Shown in pieces: positions 30,214 to 43,584 of a stretch of DNA of 64,000 bases. Numbering within the stretch: position 1 is the first letter of the stretch; each line of letters starts with the position of its first letter. The stretch lies in assembly GCA_951406725.2 (NCBI GenBank), contig OX597830.1, positions 18,848,001 to 18,912,000 on the forward strand, in the 5' to 3' direction. Origin of the DNA: Octopus vulgaris (Eukaryota). Position numbers and translations under genes: made by a program. The notes under the pieces are model-generated. The model was not told where the DNA came from. It searched no databases and saw only the letters and a program-made list of their open reading frames with translations.

Positions 30214-30220
<7 letters not shown>
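29960..30220 (-). mobile_element. PLE pLTR-type remnant in a (TA)n tract
   Basis: Hammerhead at the 5' end, AT-rich body, (TA)n on both sides; 3' terminus resembles 47350-47400 in the opposite orientation. Confidence 0.55.
30148..30193 (-). ncRNA. Minimal type-I hammerhead ribozyme
   Basis: Minus strand CCAC-CTGATGA-aTGTC(cttagaaga)GACAc-GAAA-CAATTG-TA-GTGG; palindromic stem III; A.C mismatch at the base of stem II. Confidence 0.8.
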
Positions 30221-30262
<42 letters not shown>

Positions 30263-30596
30263 CTCTCTCTTTCGGAGAGGCACTGAGCAGCTATACGCAC
30301 ACATACACACACGGCAGTAACTTCCACCTACCGAATTCAATCACAAAGCTTTGGTCGACTCGGGGCTATAACGGAAGACACCTACCCAAAGTGCCACGCA
30401 GTGGAACTGAACCCGAAACCATGTAGTTGGGAAGCAATCTCCCCAACCACACAGCCATGCCCATATATATACACACATATATATATATATACATACATAC
30501 ATTACATACATATATGTATAGGTGTAGGTGTACTCTACAACAGCTGCATTACAGTATACACTCTTGTAGTCAATATAAGTGTATAGTTCCAAATGT

Positions 30597-30976
30597 GGAG
30601 GCGCAATGGCCCAGTGGTTAGGGCAGTGGACTCGCGGTCATAGGATCGTGGTTTCGATACCCAGACCGGGCGTTGTGAGTGTTTATTGAGCGAAAACACC
30701 TAAAGCTCCACGAGGCTCCAGCAGGGGATGGTGGTGATCCCTGCTGTACTCTTTCACCGCAACTTTCTCTCACTCTTACTTCCTGTTTCTGTTGTACCTG
30801 TATTTCAAAGGGCCGGCCCTGTCACTCTCTGTGTCACGCTCAATATCCCCGAGAACTACGTTAAGGGTACACGTGTCTGTGGAGTGCTCAGCCACTTACA
30901 CGTTAATTTCACGAGCAGGCTGTTCCGTTGATTCGGATCAACCGGAACCCTCGTTGTTGTAACCGACGGAGTGCTT
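30597..30976 (+). mobile_element. SINE family C, tail type Y
   Basis: Same head and middle as 29088 but a different 3' half; TSD ATAGTTCCAAAT on both sides. Confidence 0.85.
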
Positions 30977-31025
30977 CTAAATAGTTCCAAATAGTCATTT
31001 GCATCTTTATTCAATTAATGTCATT

Positions 31026-31090
<65 letters not shown>

Positions 31091-31534
31091 TGTATGAATG
31101 AATATGGGTGTGTACTTCATGTCTGAACTCACTGGATACAGCATTAAAATAATAGGATGGTTCTGAACAATAACAATTATATCCGTAAGATCTCATCAAC
31201 ACAGTGTCAATGATATTTGCTTGGATGCTTATGCTGTTAATGTACCGTATCTCATTGTATTTACAAAACATATTGAATTTGTTTTTTCTTTTTTTTTTGT
31301 ATCATATCATGCATGAAAACATTTGTGTTTGAATTGTGTGTGTTTTTGTTGTTGACAAGGTTAGTCAGCTAATCTCTAATCTTTGAAGGTCACACACAAC
31401 TAACAAAGTGTCTAGTGTTTAGCAAGTTTGAGGTAGTTCTTTTCTAGAATCCACTGGAAATATAGGCATGCAAACATTCATGCACACCATACACACACAC
31501 ATCATCATCATCATCATCACCATAACCAGCAGAA

Positions 31535-31862
31535 CTGAGAAAAATATCATAGATGTGTGTGCAACTGTGAAGGGAAATCATTGAATCACCATCTGTGAGT
31601 TATCAGAGGACGTGCACATTAGTTACGGTTCAGTTCATTTGCACTGAAGATTTGGGTATGAGACACATGTCTGCCAAGTTTGTGCCAAAAACTGCTCTCA
31701 GCTGACCCAAAACACATTCGGGTTTCAGTTGCACAAGATCTCCTTAATTGTATTGAGAAGGATTTAAACATTTTGAAAACTTTTGCTTAGGCCTCTAAGC
31801 AGGTATCACCAAGCTTTTGGCAAAATTTGATGCAGACTCTTTGCTCAACTCTCTCTGTCATG
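31535..31862. mobile_element. Rearranged mariner remnant
   Basis: Plus strand ITICELSEDVHISYGSV / LGMRHMSAKFVPK fragments are joined to a minus-strand N-terminus MTERVEQRVCIKFCQKLGDTCLEA (31862-31783). Confidence 0.7.
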
Positions 31863-32084
31863 GTCAATGCAACAATCACACGCTACACACCTTCCTTCTA
31901 AGCACTGCTGTAAACAGTAGAAGTGAGCTAGAATGTTAAAACTTAGTGCACATGTACAGCAGAGTTGAAGGTGAATCTGTACCAAGTGGTTTTGCTCCGT
32001 GTGCGTTAGCTTTGTTACTATGGCAACAATCTGCATATTTATTGATCAGAATATGTATGTATATATACATTATACATGCATATG

Positions 32085-32172
<88 letters not shown>

Positions 32173-32259
32173 GTATATATATAAATGTATATATAGCTTA
32201 TAATTTTCAGAATTGCATTTATGTAGTACTAGCATGACTTGATAACAAAAACACTTCAT

Positions 32260-32291
<32 letters not shown>

Positions 32292-32298
<7 letters not shown>

Positions 32299-32671
32299 AT
32301 TAGTTAGGGAATAAAAATTCTGGCATAACAGGGGTTCAAATTATTCTCAATGAGAAAATATATATTTTCTCACCATATAAAAAAAGAATTTTAATTTAAA
32401 TACTTACTACTTTATAACTTGGCTACACGTGTTTCATGAGGTACATTTCCCGGTTCCTAAACCACTCCGTGTTTTGATGGAACCATTCTTAAAATATAAC
32501 CCCAATCATCAGGCCCCTATATCACTTACACATAGTTCAATACTATAAACTATATTTTAGTATCGAACTATGAGTGGTTTAGGAACCGGGAAATGTACCT
32601 CATGAAACATGTGTAGCTAAATAATAAAGTAGTAAATATTTAAATTAAAATTCTTTTTTTATATGGTGAGA
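32292..32671 (-). mobile_element. Penelope-like (PLE) pLTR-type remnant with inverted partial terminal copy
   Basis: Carries a hammerhead; about 100-bp inverted arms 32367-32467 and 32572-32671; abuts (TA)n; terminus TTAGGGAATAAA shared with the 29960 element. Confidence 0.55.
32421..32515 (-). ncRNA. Type-I hammerhead ribozyme with long stem/loop II
   Basis: Minus strand GGC-CTGATGA-tTGGGGT...ACCTCAt-GAAA-CACGTG-TA-GCC; palindromic stem III; only a 3-bp stem I. Confidence 0.7.
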
Positions 32672-32699
32672 TGAAGGGGGCTACTATCTCTAAATGAAA

Positions 32700-32732
<33 letters not shown>

Positions 32733-32828
32733 TCTATATCCCTATATATACATAGACATACATACTTACATACATACATAAATACATACATACACACACA
32801 CAAATACATACATACATACATACATACA

Positions 32829-32864
<36 letters not shown>

Positions 32865-33284
32865 TGTATGTATAAAGTGAACTTTATATGATGATGATGA
32901 TGATAGTGATGATACACACACACACACACACACACATATAAGCAGGCAAAAGATGTAACCGGGATAGATCTGCCACTCCTACCTTGGCTGACAAAATCAT
33001 TTTGTTATACTAAATATATATATATAACTGCTTCGACAAATTGAAACCCAGCACATACATCAGAGAACTGCTGTCAGCAGTGAACGTGTTGCTCCAGTAT
33101 GGCCTTAGTGGTTATGCCCCAAACAAACTAAGCTGAGTTTTTCTTTTTTTTTAAAGTTATTTGACCTACAATACACACACATTACATGCAATAGTATGTA
33201 TTGAATATTTTTTATGTGTCATAACATGCTATTATTATGTACATGCAATTATGTACATTATAGATTAGACGATTACACACGTCT

Positions 33285-34900
<1,616 letters not shown>

Positions 34901-35436
34901 AAACATGCACACTCACACCTTTTCAAGGTCTACTGAGGATGAATATTGGGGCTTGATCTTATGTTTGAACTCACGCAATACAATAATACCTATAGGATCC
35001 ATTCAGATCAATGCCAATTGTCGCTGTCTCTATAGAATCTTTGATAGCAAAAGTCAAGATGTTGTTTATTCATGTGAATCGTATTGAACATATATTATGT
35101 CATTTCAGGTAATAATGCATAAAGGTATGAACTTCAATTCTACAGTATGATGTATGAGATTTTTCACCATATTGTAACACCCCCCCCTCACGGCATGCAT
35201 AGTGTTTGTATGTACTCTTTTACTCTTTTACTTGTTTCAGTCATTTGACTGTGGCCATGCTGGAGCACCGCCTTTAGTCGAAGAAATCGACCCCAGGACT
35301 TATTCTTTGTAAGCCTAGTACTTATTCTATCGGTCTCTTTTGCCGAACGGCTAAGTTACGGGGACGCAAACACACCAGCATCGGTTGTCAAGCGATGTTG
35401 GGGGACAAACACAGACACACAAACATATACACACAC

Positions 35437-35499
<63 letters not shown>

Positions 35500-36058
35500 T
35501 ATAACTGACCTTACCAGTTTCCTGTTCCTGTCAATCTGTCCAACCCATGCCAACATGGAAAATGGACATTAAATGATGATGATGGTGATGACACACACTT
35601 ATCTCTAAGTCTATGTATTTGTGTGGATATGTACATGTGGATAAGAGTTGTCAGCATTATCGTAATCGTCATCGTCATCATCATCATCATCACCATCATC
35701 CTCTGTTGCCGCCGCCACTGCCACCACCGCCACCACCAACACCACCATTGTCATCATCATCATTGACATTGTTGTATTAACTTCCACTTACCCATGCTTG
35801 CAAACATGGGTCAGACAGTATTTGTTGAAGCAAATTTTTGCTATAATTGGACGCCTTTCTCTTTTTCTATCCCTTGTCTGTTTCTCCTTGACCAGACATG
35901 TTTCCATGGACGATTGAGAACAAATGACTCTACTTGCATGATGAAGACACTAGTATACAACTGTCATGCAATGTCAAGACAAGGAAGCTGTAATACACAC
36001 ACACACATTTATATACATACTTTTATGTAAATAAATAACAAGGATGTACAGGTGTCAA

Positions 36059-36145
36059 TACACTACAGCCGTTTCAAGGGGTTCCATTTAATTGATCAAT
36101 GAAAACATTACATCAATTTGAAAGAAACCGCTATCTTCAGACGCA
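36059..36145 (-). ncRNA. Degenerate type-I hammerhead
   Basis: Minus strand tgcgt-CTGAAGA-tagcggttt...gaacccctt-GAAA-CGGCTG-TA-gtgta; core intact but stem I is mostly G-U pairs. Confidence 0.45.
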
Positions 36146-36330
36146 GATGACTATATAGATTTCAAGCATAAAGGATAAGCCATTTTTTAAATAAATTTAT
36201 ATCAATATACCAAACTGGGAAGGTACCTCAATTTAAGTTCCTAATTCAACTGAATCTTAATTATATGTATGTATGTATGTATGTATGTGCGTATGTGTGT
36301 ATATGTATGTGTGTGCACACTTGTATATGA

Positions 36331-36375
<45 letters not shown>

Positions 36376-36607
36376 ATTTCTTTACTGCCCAGAAGGGGCT
36401 AAAACACAGGGGACAAACAAGGACAGACAAAGGGATTAAGTCGATTATATCGACCCCAGTGTGTAACTAGTACTTATTTAATTGACCCCAAAGGGATGAA
36501 GAGCAAAGTTGACCTCGGCGAAATTTGAACTCAGAACGTAACGGCAGACGAAATTCCACTAAGCATTTCGCCCGGTGCACTAACGTTTCTGCCAGCTTGC
36601 TGCCTTA

Positions 36608-36653
<46 letters not shown>

Positions 36654-36662
36654 GTCTGTCTA

Positions 36663-36698
<36 letters not shown>

Positions 36699-37139
36699 AC
36701 TATATATTTATATGATGGGCTTATTTCAGTTTTTACCAAATTTACTCACAAAGTTTTGGTTGGCCTGAGCCTAAAGTGGAAGACACTTGTCTGAGGTGCC
36801 ATGCAGTGAGGCTGAGTTCTTACCACACAGCCAAACCTGTTCCTATTATATATAGTGAGAGAACATAAATAGCTGGTACAAATGCTACACTGTTTTGTCT
36901 GAAGCTCAAAAGACTCTGCCAAACTGGGTACATCTAATAATGAAAGGTGAAGTCATCTAACTAAATTGGACATCCAGACAACAAGAATATTGTCTGAGAA
37001 GTCTAAAGCTAAAATTTTTTTATTATGAATAAACATACAAGCCTGGTTGTGTGGTGAAGAAGCTTGCTTTGCAGTCAAGTAGTTCTGGGTTCTGTCCCAG
37101 TGTATGGCACAATGGATAAGTGTCTTTTTACTATAGTCC

Positions 37140-38850
37140 CAGGACTGTATGGGAGCCCATTCTCGAGGTTGTAACAGAGGAATTTAAGACCAATTGCCCC
37201 TGGGAACTTCTATATGCTGATGACATTATTATCATTGTGGAATCTGTAACAGAACTAGAAAAGAGATTCCAGTTATGGAAGCAAAACCTGTTATCAAAGT
37301 ACATTAAAGTTAACTTAGCAAAGACTAAAGTTCTAGTAAGCAGAAAAGCATAAGGAACCCTACTTCCTTCAGGTAAATGGTGCTGCTCAGTATGTATGAA
37401 GGGTGTAGACAGGAATTTCATCTGGTGCACCCTGTGCAAGTTATGGACACACAAGAAGAGCGGTGGAATCACTGAGTGGTTATTGGAGAAAGGAGTGTTT
37501 GTATCTAGCTGATGCAAGAATGCCATAAGGACTAAAGATACACTAGAAATTGATTTTCTCAAATGCCCTGGAGGGTCCCTAGAAGTAGTAGATAATTTCT
37601 GTTACTTAGGTGACCCAATTAGCAGTGAAGGAAGATGCTCTGAAAGTATAGTTGCTAGAATAAAAAAAGAATTGAGAAAGTTCAGAGAGCTTTTACCTCT
37701 GTTGGTTACCAAGGGTCTCTCTCTGAGTGAAAGGTAGGTTGTATGATGCTTGTGTACATACAGCAATACTACATGGTACTGAGACTTGGGCCTTAAATGC
37801 AGAGGACGTATGATGACCAGAGAAGAAATAAGCTAATATGCTCTGCTGGATGTGCAATGGAGATGAATGCATTGATTGGTGAACAAGGGTGTAGGCATAG
37901 ATGAGTGGTTGGTGAGAGCTGACAAGCATTTACAGGGAGGTTGTCTGAAAGGTGACGATCGGCAATAAGTATAGTGATGAATTCAGGGTACAAGTAAGGG
38001 TTCACAAAGGATCAGTCCTCAGCCCCCTCTTGTTCATCATAGTTCTCCAGGCAATAACAGAGGAATTTAAGTCAGGCTGCCCCTAGGAGCTCCTCTATGC
38101 TGCTGACCTTGTTCTTATAGCTGATTCACGACCAGAACTAGAGAAGAAATTCCAGGTGTGGAAGCAAGGTTTAGAATCAAAGGGCCTTAGAGTTGATTTA
38201 GTAAAATCCAAAATCTTAGTAAGCAGGAAAGCAGACAAGTCACAAATCCGTTTAGGTAGAATGGTCCTGCTAGATATGTAGAAAAGGTGTAGATAGAATC
38301 TCCATAAGATGTACCTGGTGCAAGCTATGGACACATAAGAGGTGCAGTAATATCGAAGAAGGTTAATAGGGAAAATAGTCTTTGTGTATGACAGATGTAC
38401 AGGTACAATAAACACTAGAAATGTAAAGAAAATAGACTCCATCAAATGCGAGGAGGGATACCTAGAAGTAATTGATAGCTTCCGTTATGAAGGTGAGATG
38501 AAATCAGCAGTGGAGGTGGATTCTCTGGGAGTATAGCTGCTAGAATAAGAATAGGCTGGGCAAAGTTCAGAGAGCTTCTACCTCTGCTGGCAACAAAGGG
38601 CCTCTCCCTCAGAATGAAAGGCAGACTCTATGTTGCATGTGACTGGCCCTTGTGCTGGTGGCATGTAAAAGCACCCACTGTACTCTTGGAGTGGTTGGCA
38701 TTAGGAAAGGCATCCAGCTATAGAAACTTAGCCAGATCAGATTGAGCCTGGGGCAGCCTCTGGCTCAGCAGTCCTCAGTCAAACTGTCTAACCCATGCCA
38801 GCATGAAAAGCGAACGTTAAACAATGAGATAATAATGATGATGAAGATGA
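37140..38850 (+). mobile_element. Two tandem degenerate RTE-clade LINE fragments (RT + Cys-rich insert) ending in the (GAT)n-tailed 3' UTR
   Basis: CPWELLYADD (37193-37225); VQVRVHKGSVLSPLLFIIVLQAITEEFKSGCP*ELLYAADL (about 37990-38110); C-x2-C...WTHKRC; F.YLGD; many stops and frameshifts; 3' UTR 38640-38850. Confidence 0.85.
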
Positions 38851-38990
38851 TATATATATATCTTGCTGGCTTGGGATGTCCATTATGCCAATGATAATAA
38901 ATACATGCACCAGTGCGTGTGTTTATAATTATAGACATAACGAACCTCCTAAGTCACATGATTTGTTTCAATATATGAATTCACATCAAG

Positions 38991-39038
<48 letters not shown>

Positions 39039-39903
39039 CCCTCCCAACACAAACCAATACTATTTGACAACCAGTGTTGATTTGTTTATTAAGGTGGCGA
39101 GCTGGCAGAAACACTGGCACACCGGGTGAAATGCTTAGTAGTATTTCATCTATCTTTACATTCTGAGTTCAAATTCCGCCAAGGTCGACTTTGCCTTTCA
39201 TCTTTTCAGGGTCGATAAATTAAGTACCAGTTGCATACAGGGGTTGAGCTAATCTTCTGACTAATCCCTTCCCCAAAATTTCAGGTCTTGTGCCTAGAGT
39301 AGAAAATTGTTGGTTTGTTTATGTCCCTGTAACTTAGTGGTTCAATAAAACAGACTGATAAAATAAGTACCATGTGCTGGAAAAGAGGAAAAAAAAAAAG
39401 TACTGGGATTGATTTGTTTGACTAAAACCCTTCAAGATAGCAGTGTCCCCAGCATGGTCACAGACAAATGACGGACAAGTAAAAAAAATGAAGAAGATAA
39501 TAACAAAATTAAATGCAACTCACTCGTCTCTCTTTGATACTGAAAACAAATCAAGCTTTTAGTACGATGTTCAACATTCAGTTACACAGCAGACACTCGG
39601 TGGAAGTATTTGGTGGATGTTGGTCGGAGAACAGATGGACTACACTATCACCCGACGTACTGGATGACTAGAGAACTGGCCAGTGTACTGAGAAAAGAAA
39701 CAATACCTCAGACAGTCTCAGTTATGTATTTATAAATAAAAAAATTATTTAACATGAGTCATGGGAAGGGAGGAGAGAGTGGATGCTTTTAAAGAGTGTA
39801 GCTGGATATGGTTGAGAAAGTTTGTCTACTAAGAGAAGATGAAGGGACGGCTCATCAAATATTTATGTATGTCTCTTGTATGTCTCTCATGTATGTGTAT
39901 GAA

Positions 39904-39935
<32 letters not shown>

Positions 39936-40489
39936 TGTGTGTGTTTGTGTGCGTGTGTGTGTGTTTGTTTGTGTGTGTTTGTGTGTGTGTGTGTTTGTGT
40001 GTGTAAAAGAAATATATATTTATGTGCATATATAAATATATTTGTATGAGTGTTGTTATGTATGTTGTGTGTATACATATATGTGTATGGGTATATACAT
40101 ATATATATATAAATATATATACATATGTATGTAGGTATGTATATATATGTGTGTATGTGCTCACACACACACACACACACATATACACAAACATATATGT
40201 ATTCATGGATGTGTGTATGTATGTAGAAATGTTAGCAGCAGGGTGATGCTGGCTATTATACACAGTTCATACATGTAATGACATGTCAACAACAAATGTC
40301 AGCCAATAGTCAATTGTCACCAAATACCATTTTTATAGTTTCCCTGTCGATGTTGCTGCTGCTGCTGCTGCTATTGTTTTTGTTATTGTATTGTTATTGG
40401 AGGTAATGACAATAGTAATGTTTGTGATGGTTATTATGGTTTGGTCGTTGTTGATGATGTGATAGTAAGTATCATCCTAGTGATGATTG

Positions 40490-41570
40490 TAGCAGTTGTG
40501 GTTTTGAAGGTGGTGGTGGTGGTGGTGGTTGCGGTGGTGGTGGGGGGGTGGTTGTGGTACTTGCGGTTTTGATAGTGGTGGTGGTGGTGGTGGAGGTGGG
40601 GTTGTGGTACTTGCGGTTTTGATAGTGGTGGTGGTGGTGGTGGAGGTGGGGTTGTGGTACTTGTGGTTTTGATAGTGGTGGTGGTGGTGGAGGTGGGGTT
40701 GTGGTACTTGTGGTTTTGATAGTGATGGTGGTGGTAGAGGTGGGGTTGTGGTACTTGTGGTTTTGATAGTGGTGGTGGTGGGGTTGTGGTACTTGTGGTT
40801 TTGATAGTGGTGGTGGTGGTGGAGGTGGGGTTGTGGTACTTGTGGTTTTGATAGTGGTGGTGGTGGTGGAGGTGGGGTTGTGGTACTTGTGGTTTTGATA
40901 GTGGTGGTGGTGGTGGTGGAGGTAGGGTTGTGGTACTTGTGGTTTTGATAGTGATGGTGGTGGTAGAGGTGGGGTTGTGGTACTTGTGGTTTTGATAGTG
41001 GTGGTGGTGGTGGAGGTGGGGTTGTGGTACTTGTGGTTTTGATAGTGATGGTGGTGGTGGAGGTGGGGTTGTGGTACTTGTGGTTTTGATAGTGGTGGTG
41101 GTGGTGGAGGTGGGGTTGTGGTACTTGTGGTTTTGATAGTGATGGTGGTGGTGGTGGAGGTGGGGTTGTGGTACTTGTGGTTTTGATAGTGGTTGTGGTG
41201 GTGGTGGAGGTGGGGTTGTGGTACTTGTGGTTTTGATAGTGGTGGTGGTGGTGGAGGTGGGGTTGTGGTACTTGTGGTTTTGATAGTGGTGGTGGTGGTG
41301 GTGGAGGTGGGGTTGTGGTACTTGTGGTTTTGATAGTGGTGGTGGTGGTGGAGGTGGGGTTGTGGTACTTGTGGTTTTGATAGTGGTGGTGGTGGTGGAG
41401 GTGGGGTTGTGGTACTTGTGGTTTTGATAATGGTGGTGGTGGTGGAGGTGGGGTTGTGGTACTTGTGGTTTTGATAGTGGTGGTGGTGGTGGAGGTGGGG
41501 TTGTGGTACTTGTGGTTTTGATAGTGGTGGTGGTGGTGGAGGTGGAGTTGTGGTACTTGTGGTTTTGATG
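40490..41570. repeat. G-rich minisatellite, ~47-bp unit (GTG)nGAGGTGGGGTTGTGGTACTTGTGGTTTTGATA, about 22 copies
   Basis: Directly visible; unit length varies by GTG triplets. Confidence 0.95.
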
Positions 41571-41639
41571 GCGCTGGTAGTGGTACTTGTGGTATTCTAA
41601 TAATCATAGTCTTGAAGTTGGTGGTGGTGGTCGTAGTTG

Positions 41640-42545
41640 TTGTGGTTTTGATGGTGTTGGTAGTACTTAGGGTACTCGTAGTCTTGGTGTTGGTGGTATT
41701 TGGGGTACTTGTGCCTTTGGTGCAGGTAATACTTGGGATACTTGTAGCTTTGGTGCAGGTGGTTCTTGGGGTACTTGTAACTTTGGTGTTGGTGGTACTT
41801 AGGGTACTTGTAGCTTTGGTGCAGGTGGTATTTGGGGTACTTGTAGCTTTGGTGTTGGTGGTATTTGGGGTACTTGTAGCTGTGGTGCAGATGGTTCTTA
41901 AGGTACTTGTAGCTTTGGTGTTGGTGGTACTTAGGGTACTTGTAGCTTTGGTACGGGTTGTACTTGGGGTACTTGTAGCTTTGGTGCAGGTGGTTCTTGG
42001 GGTACTTGTAGCTTTGGTGCAGGTGGTTCTTAGGGTACTTGTAACTTTGGTGTTGGTGGTATTTGGGGTACTTGTAGCTGTGGTGCAGGTGGTTCTTGGG
42101 GTACTTGTAGCTTTGGTGTTGGTAGTACTTAGGGTACTTGTAGCTTTGGTACAGGTGGTTCTTAGGGTACTTGTAACTTTGGTGTTGGTGTTTCTTGGGG
42201 TACTTGTAGTTTTGGTGCAGGTGGTTCTTGGGGTACTTGTAACTTTGGTGTTGGTGGTTTTTGGGATACTTGTAGCTTTGGTACGGGTTGTACTTGGGGT
42301 ACTTGTAGCTTTGGTGTTGGTGGTTCTTGGGGTACTTGTAGCTTTGATGCAGGTGGTTCTTGGGGTACTTGTAACTTTGGTGTTGGTGGTTTTTGGGATA
42401 CTTGTAGCTTTGGTGCATGTGGTTCTTGGGGTACTTGTAGCTTTGGTGTTGGTAGTTCTTGGGGTACTTGTAGCTTTGGTGCAGGTGGGTCTTAGGGTAC
42501 TTGTAACTTTGGTGTTGGTGGTACTTCGGGTACTTGTAGCTGTGG
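41640..42545. repeat. 33-bp minisatellite GGTACTTGTAGCTTTGGTGCAGGTGGTTCTTGG, about 27 copies, with two often alternating variants
   Basis: Directly visible; shares the GGTACTTGT core with the adjacent 47-bp array. Confidence 0.95.
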
Positions 42546-42929
42546 TGTTGTTAGCAATTGTGGTGATTGCTGTAGTTGTGGCTTTCATGGTTGTGTCAGT
42601 AGCAGTTGTGATAAGAGTGAATGTTCCTTGAGGTGTCAGATGTAGTTTTGTTGGTGATCATGTTATTGATGATGGTCTTTGTGGTTTTGAAGATTGTGTT
42701 GGTAGCTGTACTTTTGACAGTGCTAGTGGTGGTTGTAGTTTTGTTAGTGGTAGTAGTGGTAATTGTAGCAGGTCTAGCAAAACAGTGGTGGTGGTAGTAG
42801 TTGTAGTTTAGGTTCTGTTATGCATTGTTGTTGTTGTTGAGTTTTTAATGCTGTAGTAATTAGTAGCTGTAATAGTATCTGTGGCAGTATTGGTAGTAGT
42901 TGTGGTAACTGTGTTAGTGGTTTTGATGG

Positions 42930-43410
42930 TGTAGCATGCCGGGCGAAATGCGTAGCTGTATTTCGTCTGCCATTACGTTCTGAGTTCAAATTCTGCCGAG
43001 GTCGACTTTGCCTTTCATCCTTTCGGGATCGATAAATTAAGTACCAGTTACGCACTGGGGGTCAATGTAATTGACTTAATCTGTTTGTCTGTCCTTGTTT
43101 GTCCTCTCTGTGTTTAGCTCCTTGTGGGTAGTAAAGAAACAGGTTGTAATAGTGGTGGTGTTGGTGGTTGATAAGGCGGCGAGCTGGCAGAAATGTTAGC
43201 ACGCCGGGCGAAATGCTTAGTGGTATTTCGTCTGCCGCTACGTTCTGAGTTCAAATTCCGCCAAGGTTGACTTTGCCTTTCATCCTTTTGGGGTCGATTA
43301 AATAAGTACCAGTTACATACTGGGGTCGATATAATCGACTTAATCCGTTTTATCCGTCCTTGTTTGTCCCCTCTGTGTGTAACCCCTTGTGGGCAGTAAA
43401 GAAATAGGTG
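42930..43410 (+). mobile_element. Two adjacent SINE family B copies (42930-43143 truncated; 43174-43410 full)
   Basis: Family match; the second copy is flanked by the direct repeat GTTGTAATAGTGGTGGTGTTGGTGGTTG. Confidence 0.9.
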
Positions 43411-43584
43411 TTTATGGTGATAGTTGTAATAGTGGTGGTGTTGGTGGTTGTGGTAGTTGTAGCTTGGGTGATAGTTGTGAAAGAATATTAGTGATATGAT
43501 ACTATAGAAGGAAGGTTTTCAATTTAGATATTAACATTTTAAAATGGACAATTTTATATCATAAAGATTGAGGTTGTTTTAGAC

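Noticed and set aside
30597-30670. tRNA-like sequences at SINE heads
   Set aside because: A/B boxes are present but there is no complete cloverleaf, and they continue into SINE bodies; not tRNA genes.
40490-42545. CRISPR-like regular repeats
   Set aside because: Eukaryotic context, no unique spacers and no cas genes; ordinary minisatellites.
40477-42588. 703-aa mucin-like ORF on the minus strand
   Set aside because: The second half cycles through all three frames of a 47-bp repeat, and variation in the first half is non-synonymous in this frame. There is no signal peptide. It is best explained as a stop-poor satellite.
41612-42631. 339-aa Val/Leu-rich ORF on the plus strand
   Set aside because: Antisense shadow of the 33-bp GT-rich satellite.
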